A stretch of DNA of 55,998 nt. Origin: an uncultured bacterium. GTDB taxonomy: Bacteria > Verrucomicrobiota > Kiritimatiellia > RFP12 > UBA1067. This document shows positions 17,177 to 25,104 of the stretch, one piece after another (the stretch's first letter is position 1; each line of letters begins with the position of its first letter). The stretch spans positions 1 to 55,998 of the forward strand of contig CACYNF010000004.1 of assembly GCA_902775595.1 (NCBI GenBank), given 5' to 3'. Position numbers and translations under genes: made by a program. The notes beneath the pieces are model-generated. The model made no database searches. It was not told the DNA's origin and worked only from the letters and a program-made list of their open reading frames with translations.

Positions 17177-18439
17177 ATGGCACGCGAAAAAGGGATGGGT
17201 AGTCTTCAGCTCGAAAAGAGCGGGCGGTGGACGATGAGGGTCGGGATCAAGGGCAAGCGGTACAGCCGCTCGACAAGGACGACTGACCGCGAAAAGGCCG
17301 AGAAGTTCTTAGAGCGGTTCTTGAGTCCGCTGGGGCTCGGCTCGCGGCGTTTGCCGCTGGCGGACGTCTGGCTTGAGTACGTGAAGTCTCCCGATAGACG
17401 CGACCTCGCGCCGTCTACGCTCAATGCGAAGCGGCTCATCTGGATGGAGTTCGCCCGCTGGATGGAGCATCACCATCTCGAAATCGGTAATCTCGCCGAA
17501 GTGACTCATGAGGCGATTGCCGAATACCTCGCCTGCATTCGGGCAGAGGTGTGTGCATCGACCTATAACGCCCGCATCTGCGTGTTGCGGGAGATATTCC
17601 ATGTTCTTGCTGCAAAGGCCGGGCTTGTTGACGACCCTTGGGAAGGGGTGCGGCTCCACGCGGACGACTGCCACAGCCGCCGCGAGCTGACCCTCGACGA
17701 AATCGAGCGCCTCATGAAGGCGGCGGCAAAGGCGGGAGTCGAGTGGAAGCGGCTATTCACAATCGGAATCTACACCGGCCTCCGCCTCGGAGACTGCTGT
17801 TGTCTCGCTTGGAACTCGGTCAACCTCGAACGCGGGGTGATACAGCTCATTCCGACGAAGACGCGCAAGCACGCTCACGGCCAGCCGGTCACGATTCCCA
17901 TTCATCCGCAACTACTGGCGGAGTTGAGGGGGAATGGCGAACATGAAAAGGGGATGTTTGTGAATCCTACTTTGGCCGAGTATTACAAGAAAAACAAGTG
18001 GAGAATAAGTCACGGGCTGGAGCTGATCTTCAAGGCGGCGCATATCGAGACAAGCGTGAAGATAGAAGGGCGGCGAACCCGCACCCCGGAGGCTACGTTT
18101 CATTCTCTCCGACACACGTTCGTTTCGAGTGCCGCGAACGCTGGTGTTCCGCTTCCAGTCGTTGCGTCAATTGTCGGGCACTCTTCAACTGCGATGACGA
18201 GACACTACTACCACGAGAATGAAGAAATGCTCCGTCAGGCCGTCGCCGCAATCCCGAGCCTTGATGACTTGAAGGGTAGTAAATCTGGTAGTAAGCCGTC
18301 GAACAGTATTTTGCAGCCTCCAAGAAGCGCTCAAACCGTCGAGCAACGACTAAGGCAGTTAGAAAAGCTAAAGCGCAAGTCACTCATTTCAGAGGAGGAA
18401 TACGCTTCAACCCGCAGCCGAATTTTGGCAGAAATATAG
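17177..18439 (+). CDS. Tyrosine recombinase/integrase with N-terminal arm-binding-like region and C-terminal SHOCT-like tail
   Basis: Catalytic motifs TGLRLGD, HSLRH, VGHSS, MTRHY; RBS AAAGGA. Confidence 0.95.
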   Translation: MAREKGMGSLQLEKSGRWTMRVGIKGKRYSRSTRTTDREKAEKFLERFLSPLGLGSRRLPLADVWLEYVKSPDRRDLAPSTLNAKRLIWMEFARWMEHHHLEIGNLAEVTHEAIAEYLACIRAEVCASTYNARICVLREIFHVLAAKAGLVDDPWEGVRLHADDCHSRRELTLDEIERLMKAAAKAGVEWKRLFTIGIYTGLRLGDCCCLAWNSVNLERGVIQLIPTKTRKHAHGQPVTIPIHPQLLAELRGNGEHEKGMFVNPTLAEYYKKNKWRISHGLELIFKAAHIETSVKIEGRRTRTPEATFHSLRHTFVSSAANAGVPLPVVASIVGHSSTAMTRHYYHENEEMLRQAVAAIPSLDDLKGSKSGSKPSNSILQPPRSAQTVEQRLRQLEKLKRKSLISEEEYASTRSRILAEI

Positions 18440-18453
18440 CCGCCGAACTTGAT

Positions 18454-19887
18454 TCAGCCCCGCCTGCTGCGGCGGAAGCTTGCTATCCGGCGCTCTTCGC
18501 GGGCGCGGCGCTTTGCCATCTTCTCGTCGCGGGCTTTCTCTTCGTCAGTGCGGGAGTCGGCCGCAAATTCTGCAGCGACGGCAAGCGCCGCCTTTCGCGC
18601 CTCTCCGCGAAGGCCGCTGCGAGGGAAGAGATAGCGGAACGCAGGCAGCGCATAGCCGATTGTCGGGATAAGCATGAGGCATTGCCACCATGCGAGACCG
18701 GCGATGCGTAGGGCGCACGTGGACGCGAACGCGGCGATGTAGGCGACAAGGAGTAGTGGGTCGGCAATTGTCTGGCCCTCGAAAGCCACGTAGTTGAAGG
18801 CGGAGCACGCACCGAGCGCAAGAAGCGAAAGCGGGACAAGCAACGAGGCGTCCCGACCTCCGAACCACATTATCGTAGACGATGCGATTGCGAGCCCGAC
18901 TGAAAGCATCAGGGTGCGTAGTTCTACTGAACCGCGAGCGAGGTCTTTGTCGACGCCGCGCCTTGCGAGTTCTTCGGGTTCCGATGATATGGGGCAGTCC
19001 AACGACAGCATCAGCAGATAGCCGGGAACTATAGCCAGCACCGCGACAAGCAGCGGCCACGGTTTCTTAAGGGCGATCATCCACACGATTCCCGTGAGGA
19101 AGGAGAGGAAAGACACCGAGAACGGAAACCACGCTATGCGGACATCGGACAGGATCGCCTTCAATGCCTCCACGCCGAACGGCTGTGTGGGATTGGGAAG
19201 CGGGGCTGTGTGCGTGGCACGCGCGACTTTGGCGTTGCGGTAGTATATCTGCACCTTCTCGAGTATGTCGGCCTTCTTGAAGCGGCATCCAAGCGGGACT
19301 GAGGTAAAAGCTATCGCAGCCTGCGCCGCAACGCCCCATCCAACGCCAAAGGGGATGAACGCGGAGGCGACGATTGTCGCAATTAGCGTCCATTGCTCCC
19401 AGAAGAGATAGTTCCCGTAGTTGTATCCCGGCTTTTCGCGCCTAAAGGTGAAGGGCAGTGTGTACATCCCGCCGACGCATACCCAGAGCAACGGCCGGGG
19501 GACGGTGTATCCGCTTGCCGCGCCGAAGACGGTAAAGGCGACAGCCGCGAATCCTGCGAAGGAAATCGTCCAGTCGATAAGGAGGCATAGGTAGTCCCAG
19601 CGGACGGCTCTTTCTATGTGACCCGCCTCCGCGTCTTTCTGAAGCCTGTCTTCAGTCCACTTCCAGAAGAAGGTTCGTGCGGTCGATATGACAATGACAC
19701 CGAGGAAGGCGAGGAGTCCCCATAAGATTCTCCAAGCGCCATTTGCCACGATTGTGACTGCAGCACCAGCGAGGAACATCAGCTGGATGTAGAACCCGAG
19801 CGTGTTCTTGCCGCCCGCCGCCCTCTGTCGTAGGTCGCGGACTGTCGCCTTGTACTCGGCGTCCGTCATCTTTGCAACGCTTTTCAC
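18454..19887 (-). CDS. Multi-pass membrane hypothetical protein
   Basis: GTG start after AGGAGG, overlapping the upstream stop; many hydrophobic helices. Confidence 0.75.
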   Translation of the reverse strand: MKSVAKMTDAEYKATVRDLRQRAAGGKNTLGFYIQLMFLAGAAVTIVANGAWRILWGLLAFLGVIVISTARTFFWKWTEDRLQKDAEAGHIERAVRWDYLCLLIDWTISFAGFAAVAFTVFGAASGYTVPRPLLWVCVGGMYTLPFTFRREKPGYNYGNYLFWEQWTLIATIVASAFIPFGVGWGVAAQAAIAFTSVPLGCRFKKADILEKVQIYYRNAKVARATHTAPLPNPTQPFGVEALKAILSDVRIAWFPFSVSFLSFLTGIVWMIALKKPWPLLVAVLAIVPGYLLMLSLDCPISSEPEELARRGVDKDLARGSVELRTLMLSVGLAIASSTIMWFGGRDASLLVPLSLLALGACSAFNYVAFEGQTIADPLLLVAYIAAFASTCALRIAGLAWWQCLMLIPTIGYALPAFRYLFPRSGLRGEARKAALAVAAEFAADSRTDEEKARDEKMAKRRAREERRIASFRRSRRG

Positions 19888-20414
19888 TTGTGCGCCTCCT
19901 TTCTCCAGTCGCGGAAGGCAAGGGCAACTCTGGCTACGGCGAAGAAGGGGAGTGCGAATGCCGCGCCGTAGCTCGTCATGTCGTAGTTTCCGGAAGTCGC
20001 TATGGCGACGGCGACATAGAATGCGGATGCGCCGAGCATGGAAAAGACTCGGAGCGGCCTGTATTTGCCGGTGCACGCGAACGGCAAAGTCGCCGAGGCA
20101 GCGGCGATGGCGGCGGCCATCGCGCCTGCCGCCCAGGGGCAGGAGCCGTTGGATAGCTTCGTCGAAACGGCGAGCGCATATCCAGTCGCAAGCATCGCGA
20201 TCACGGCTTCGATCAACGCCGACGTGATGGGCGTCGACAGGAAGCCCGGCAACTTGAGCCCTTGGCTCGATTCCATGCTGATTATCTTCAGCACGGGAAG
20301 CATCGTGAAGGGGACCAGCGCAATCTTCCAGTCGTGCCCTACGGCGATGCCGACAACGGCAATGGCCGCAAACACAGCCATAAAGACGCAGGCGGTTATC
20401 TCGATCTTTTTCAT
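19884..20414 (-). CDS. Small multi-pass membrane hypothetical protein
   Basis: 176 aa hydrophobic ORF; TGCTATAAT 8 nt before ATG. Confidence 0.75.
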   Translation of the reverse strand: MKKIEITACVFMAVFAAIAVVGIAVGHDWKIALVPFTMLPVLKIISMESSQGLKLPGFLSTPITSALIEAVIAMLATGYALAVSTKLSNGSCPWAAGAMAAAIAAASATLPFACTGKYRPLRVFSMLGASAFYVAVAIATSGNYDMTSYGAAFALPFFAVARVALAFRDWRKEAHK

Positions 20415-20549
20415 GAAGAGGTATTATAGCATTTTTAGGTCTGAAGATGCCCTTGCCAATGTAAGTGAGACTTGTTGATGCTGCTCCCTGACTCGTAACT
20501 CCAACTCAACTTCTCTTCTGTCCCAATGTTTCCCTCGTCTCGCGATTTT

Positions 20550-20834
20550 CATACCGCTTTATACTGCACAATCCGTCCGTTATACTGGTTTATACTGGCC
20601 TAAAATAGCGGCAAGGGAGTTCCGCATAGACCCATTAGCGGCAAGGTTTTCGGAGCCCCCAAAAACCGCGCAAGCCCCTCAAACACATCGACAACTTTTC
20701 GATACTCCGCGACAATCCGCGCAATCCTCGCAAAACCCCAGCAAACACTATGTTTTCTGATGCCATCCCCACTCTCCCCGCCCCACCCCGCGCAAGCCCC
20801 CGCAACCCGCCGCAAAACTGGTTTATAGAGATGT
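20550..20834 (+). repeat. 285-bp direct repeat R285, copy 2 (no VGY cassette attached)
   Basis: Matches 1521-1805; ends in the palindrome AGATGTACATCT (20829-20840). Confidence 0.9.
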
Positions 20835-20929
20835 ACATCTTTTTTTGCCTATCAATAACTTTTCTGCCTAGTCGCATTGCTATATTAGGCAGAATATGGT
20901 AAACTATAGGCAGATAAACAAAGAAGAAA

Positions 20930-21982
20930 ATGCACATATTCGACTACGAGAATGCACCTAGCACCCTGCTGACGCCTGAAATCACGGCGCTTGTTGGTGC
21001 TATACGCGAATACAAGGGCAAGCAGGAACTCTATTTGAATGCCCGCGCCGACGTGCTTGACGCTCTGAAGGAGGTTGCAAAGATTCAGTCCACAACCTCG
21101 TCAAACCGCATTGAGGGGATTGCGACCACTGATGCAAGGATGCGAGAGTTGATGTCGCAAAAGACCATCCCCAGGAACCGAAACGAAAGGGAGATCGCGG
21201 GGTACAGGGATGTCCTTGCGACCATACACGAAAGCTACGACTTCATACCAATAAATCCCAATGTGCTTCTACAACTGCACAGAGACCTGTACTCGAAGCT
21301 CCCGCAAGGCATCGGCGGGCATTGGAAGCTCAACGACAATGTCATAGAGGAGACCGGCGCCGACGGAAAGACCTTCGTGCGCTTTCGCCCCGCAAGCGCG
21401 GTGGAAACGCCAATGGCAATCGAAACGCTTTGCGCAAACTACCGCAGGGCTGTAGACGAAGGCAGATTCGATCGACTTCTGCTGATTCCGATGTTCATCT
21501 TCGATTTCCTATGCGTTCATCCGTTCCATGACGGCAACGGACGGATGAGTCGACTTTTGACATTGCTGCTGCTTTACCGCTCCGGCTTTTTCGTCGGCAA
21601 GTACATCAGCCTTGAGATGCTCATCGAGAGTTCCAAGACGGAATATTACGAAGCATTGCAGACAAGTTCTTCCGGATGGTATGACAACGTCCACGACTTG
21701 AAGCCCTATGTGAAATATACACTCGGCATAATTCTGAAAGCATACCGCGAACTCGAGTCGCGGGTGGAGGGAATCATCAATTCTCGAATGAGCAAGTCGG
21801 ACAGGATTCGCGAAGTGTTCAAGACGACACTCGGGAAGGTCTCCAAGCGAGACATCCTCGCCAAGTGCCCCGATATCAGCACGGCGATGGTCGAAATGAC
21901 ATTAAAGGCAATGCTTGACGAGGGATCGATCAGGAAAATTGGTGGAGGCCGATCCACCGCCTATGTCCTCGCTGAGGGATGA
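20930..21982 (+). CDS. Fic family protein (AMPylase) with C-terminal wHTH-like region
   Basis: HPFHDGNGRMSR Fic motif; N-terminal SSNRIEG auto-inhibitory-type motif. Confidence 0.92.
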   Translation: MHIFDYENAPSTLLTPEITALVGAIREYKGKQELYLNARADVLDALKEVAKIQSTTSSNRIEGIATTDARMRELMSQKTIPRNRNEREIAGYRDVLATIHESYDFIPINPNVLLQLHRDLYSKLPQGIGGHWKLNDNVIEETGADGKTFVRFRPASAVETPMAIETLCANYRRAVDEGRFDRLLLIPMFIFDFLCVHPFHDGNGRMSRLLTLLLLYRSGFFVGKYISLEMLIESSKTEYYEALQTSSSGWYDNVHDLKPYVKYTLGIILKAYRELESRVEGIINSRMSKSDRIREVFKTTLGKVSKRDILAKCPDISTAMVEMTLKAMLDEGSIRKIGGGRSTAYVLAEG

Positions 21983-22044
21983 AGCAAAAAGGAGGCTTTG
22001 CAGCCGATAGGTCTCCCCTATGCTCAACTGAGACAACAACGAAA

Positions 22045-22067
22045 TCGTGGGGACAGACTCCACGAAA
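22045..22067 (+). repeat. REP-like GGGGACAG palindrome
   Basis: tcgtggggacagactccacgaaa hairpin related to 25002-25056 and 31275-31293. Confidence 0.55.
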
Positions 22068-22121
22068 CGCCTGTTTTTCAGGCGGTTGGCGGTTGAGGCG
22101 GGGAAGTAACATCGCGACCGC

Positions 22122-22151
22122 TTGACGTTGCTGTGTGCAGAATGATAGAAT
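22122..22151 (+). promoter_or_regulatory. Sigma70-type promoter for the Cas12a-like gene
   Basis: TTGACG-N18-TAGAAT with extended TG. Confidence 0.6.
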
Positions 22152-22190
22152 CTGACTCAACAGCAAGCAATCCAAAGAGCAGACTGCTAC

Positions 22191-24956
22191 ATGCCGCAGA
22201 ACAAGCTGAAAGAAAAAACCGACAGGTTCCTGGAAATAAGAAACCCTGAAAAGGCCGTGGGGCTGTGGTCGTGCCATGCCGACTTCTCCACGACGCTCAG
22301 GCCAGTGGAGCCGACGAGGACGACGCTTGGAAAGTTCTTCAACTACGACCTTGAGCGATTTGAAACTCATGCCGAGGCGCTGGAGATGATGAGGGCGAAG
22401 GGGTGGAAGAAGACACCCTCGCGCAAGCTTAAGGAATTTGCCGCGCAATATCTTGGCGAGAAGTTCGACGAAAACGGCAAGGGCGAGTGGGCGGCTGTTC
22501 CGAGGTGGTTCAGGGCATGGCGTAATTTCGCAACATGGCTGGCAGACTCCAAGACGGCAAAGCCATACACCGATGTCCGGCTGTCGTTTGGCAGCCCAAT
22601 GACGGGCTTTGACTGTTCGGCGAAAAGACACAGAACTTCTCGCGTAATCTTTCTCAGGAAGAATGGCCGCAAGTTTGTCGCGGTGATGTTGAAGGAAGGA
22701 TGGCGTGGCTGGCAGATCATCGAGAAACCGGCGTATGGCCCCGACCCATACGAGCGGCTGATTCTTTCGGGGGCGAAGGGCGCCGTCTGGCGGACTACAG
22801 ACGCGGACATGATCACGGAACTGGTGCGTGACAAGATGATGTGTCTCTTCGAGATGGAAGACGACGCGATGTTCGATGCGCTTACCGACGAGAGAAACCG
22901 CGAAGAAAATCTGGGGGCGATTTCGCGCGATTTCGAGTTTTATGTCCACGACCCCAATGGCGCGGGAGAACGGTTCTACATGACTTGGAGTGCGACATTC
23001 AATCCGCGCAAGCGCAGATATGAGGCGGGCGACAGACAAAAGCCGCGTCTTGTCGAAACGAGAGCTGAGGTTGGCAAGGGATGGATCGGTCGAAGGATAG
23101 AGGTGGCTGATCCGGCAAAGGCGGCTGAGGCGGCGAGGTGGGTAGTCGAGAATAACGGTTGCGTAGTCCTTCCGGAAAATTCAAAAGACGAGCTTCGCGT
23201 CGCGGTGATGCGAGCCCTCTTCTACATCACTTTCCCAGAGCGGGAGATTGACGCGCCTGGCGGTCTTTTGCGCGGCTATCAGCTTCCTGGACGAATGGTT
23301 CAGTTCGCCACGAAGAAGATACGGTACGATGGCAGCAAGGCCATTGTCGAGGATGTTCGCCAGAAATCGAAGTCTGCGATTGAGCGGAAGCGGCGGCTTG
23401 TGGTAGACACGCTTCTTGGCCGTGCCGCAAACGCCGTCGCGGTACGCAATGGTCTTGACAGGGAAGAGGCGCTGAAGCGCATTGAGAGGGTCGGCGGACG
23501 TGCGGTAATCGAGACTGCGGCATGGCGGTGGGGCTTTATGGACGGCAACGCGATCACGCTTTTTACGGTGACGCCGCAAGCTGGGTCGTTGAAGCTGCCA
23601 GACTTGTCTCTTGCTCTCGGTTTCGAGCATCGGCTTGGACTCGACGGCGGCAAGGCAACGGCGGGAAAGCTCGTCCAGACCGCGCAGATAACGCCGCTAC
23701 GCGATTCGGTGGACACGATGCGCTTCTGCAGGGAAGTGAAGATCAAGGCAAAGAGAGTTTCCGCGCCGCGTCGCGGAACCGAGGGAGATCGCGTTGCATA
23801 CTCGGCGGACACGGTGCGAATAATGCGCGACGAGGGGAACTACTATCTTCTTGCGATTCCGAAATACGCGCGATACAAGTATGGGCGAGACTTGCTTTTT
23901 GCGCCTGGGTCTGAATCGGTCGCCGTCCACACCTATCGCTGCGTTGCCGAGGGGGGGACGCGAGCGAGAGACCGCAGCCGCATGGAAGAGGAACAGCTGG
24001 ACTTCAACAAGATAACCGGCCTTGCGCGTGACGGACGCGTGTATCTTTATTCCCTTGATGTCGGGGGCGATAGATGGCTTTTCGATGCGGTTTACTCGAC
24101 TGAAAACAAGAGCCCATGCCGCATTGTCCCGACGATCCCGCAGTTGTTCCAGCTGGGGTCTGCCGCGAAGACGTGCCCATCAAGGAAGCAGAACGGCATG
24201 AACATCATTACCGATGTTCCGGTTGATGACGAAGTTGCCGTGGCGAAGATAATGTTTGTGTTCAATCCGACGGTGCCGCGAGACGGACGAAAGCGCGGAG
24301 GGCGTTCGTGGAAAGCATACTGTGACGCGCACCCTGACGATGCGGGGCGAGAGGCGGTAGTTTGGCCGACTGGCGAGGCGACGGAGAAGACGCTAAGGGA
24401 GTCGACTCTGCGCGTCGTCGAGGCAGACGGCGTTCTTCTGACGGACGAGAGTCATCTTGACGCGGCGCTTGATGGTATGGGATATGTAGTCACGCAGACG
24501 GACGACCCGCATGGAATAGGCGGGGTCTATCGCGGCTATATTATTTCAGATCGCGTTTTCAAGTTGTCTGATGGCCGCGACGAGTGGCGGGCTGCGGTAA
24601 AGGGCGACACGAAGCCCGATGGCAAGGCACAGGAAAAAGAGAAGCGTCTCCAAATGTCTGGGAAGCCACTTTGCGGAGTGCTGTCGTCAAAGGTCGCGGC
24701 AGAGGCCGAGAAGGAGTTTTCAAAGCTGATCGAGGCAGAAGTCCTTTCAGACAAGAAGACGGCAAGATTTTTTACCCTTGAAGCCCCCATCGTCATTGGT
24801 AAAGAGTTCAAGGACATGGTGTCGAGGGAGTTCAGGCGCGTTGTCTACACCGGCACGATGGGCTGGCGGAAGCAACTTGTCAGGCCGTCTCATGAGGTCG
24901 CCCTTGGCATCTGGCTTGCACGGCTAAGTGTGTCAACAGGAGCTGGTAAATCATGA
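22191..24956 (+). CDS. Hypothetical protein with two tandem degenerate Cas12a(Cpf1)-like WED/RuvC-II modules; predicted nuclease-dead
   Basis: Collinear Cas12a-like motifs RNFAT..KPYTDVRLSF, IFLRKNGRKFVAVM, ITELVRDKMMCLFEM, FDALTDERN, ERFYMTWSATFNP, VVENNGCVVL, LFYITFPEREIDAPGGLLRGYQL; second set IMRDEGNYYLLAI, ITGLARDGRVYLYSL, LFDAVYSTEN, MGYVV...GGVYRGYII (comparison from memory, not a database search). Confidence 0.7.
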   Translation: MPQNKLKEKTDRFLEIRNPEKAVGLWSCHADFSTTLRPVEPTRTTLGKFFNYDLERFETHAEALEMMRAKGWKKTPSRKLKEFAAQYLGEKFDENGKGEWAAVPRWFRAWRNFATWLADSKTAKPYTDVRLSFGSPMTGFDCSAKRHRTSRVIFLRKNGRKFVAVMLKEGWRGWQIIEKPAYGPDPYERLILSGAKGAVWRTTDADMITELVRDKMMCLFEMEDDAMFDALTDERNREENLGAISRDFEFYVHDPNGAGERFYMTWSATFNPRKRRYEAGDRQKPRLVETRAEVGKGWIGRRIEVADPAKAAEAARWVVENNGCVVLPENSKDELRVAVMRALFYITFPEREIDAPGGLLRGYQLPGRMVQFATKKIRYDGSKAIVEDVRQKSKSAIERKRRLVVDTLLGRAANAVAVRNGLDREEALKRIERVGGRAVIETAAWRWGFMDGNAITLFTVTPQAGSLKLPDLSLALGFEHRLGLDGGKATAGKLVQTAQITPLRDSVDTMRFCREVKIKAKRVSAPRRGTEGDRVAYSADTVRIMRDEGNYYLLAIPKYARYKYGRDLLFAPGSESVAVHTYRCVAEGGTRARDRSRMEEEQLDFNKITGLARDGRVYLYSLDVGGDRWLFDAVYSTENKSPCRIVPTIPQLFQLGSAAKTCPSRKQNGMNIITDVPVDDEVAVAKIMFVFNPTVPRDGRKRGGRSWKAYCDAHPDDAGREAVVWPTGEATEKTLRESTLRVVEADGVLLTDESHLDAALDGMGYVVTQTDDPHGIGGVYRGYIISDRVFKLSDGRDEWRAAVKGDTKPDGKAQEKEKRLQMSGKPLCGVLSSKVAAEAEKEFSKLIEAEVLSDKKTARFFTLEAPIVIGKEFKDMVSREFRRVVYTGTMGWRKQLVRPSHEVALGIWLARLSVSTGAGKS

Positions 24957-24980
24957 GTTTCTGCTTATGTTCGCCGCATC

Positions 24981-25056
24981 AATTTCTGGGGACAAATTTC
25001 TGGGGACAGGCCCCGCGAAAGGACTGAAGAATAAGGGTTTCTTGGGGTCTGTCCCC
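24981..25056. repeat. REP-like inverted pair GGGGACAGGCCCC...GGGGTCTGTCCCC with a 14-bp tandem duplication
   Basis: 25002-25014 and 25044-25056 inverted; aatttctggggaca x2 (24981, 24995). Confidence 0.7.
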
Positions 25057-25104
25057 CACCGGATCCGACATGTCAGATTTTCCCTTTGGCGGCGAGTATA
25101 GGGC

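Noticed and set aside
1198-18439. Integron (IntI/attC) interpretation
   Set aside because: Sites lack the RYYYAAC...GTTRRRY palindromic attC structure, cassettes alternate in orientation, and the lead genes are 5'-truncated.
24957-25060. AATTTCT repeats downstream of the Cas12a-like gene as a CRISPR array or crRNA handle
   Set aside because: Only a 14-bp tandem duplication with no spacers and no TCTAC/GTAGA stem; better explained as part of the REP-like element.
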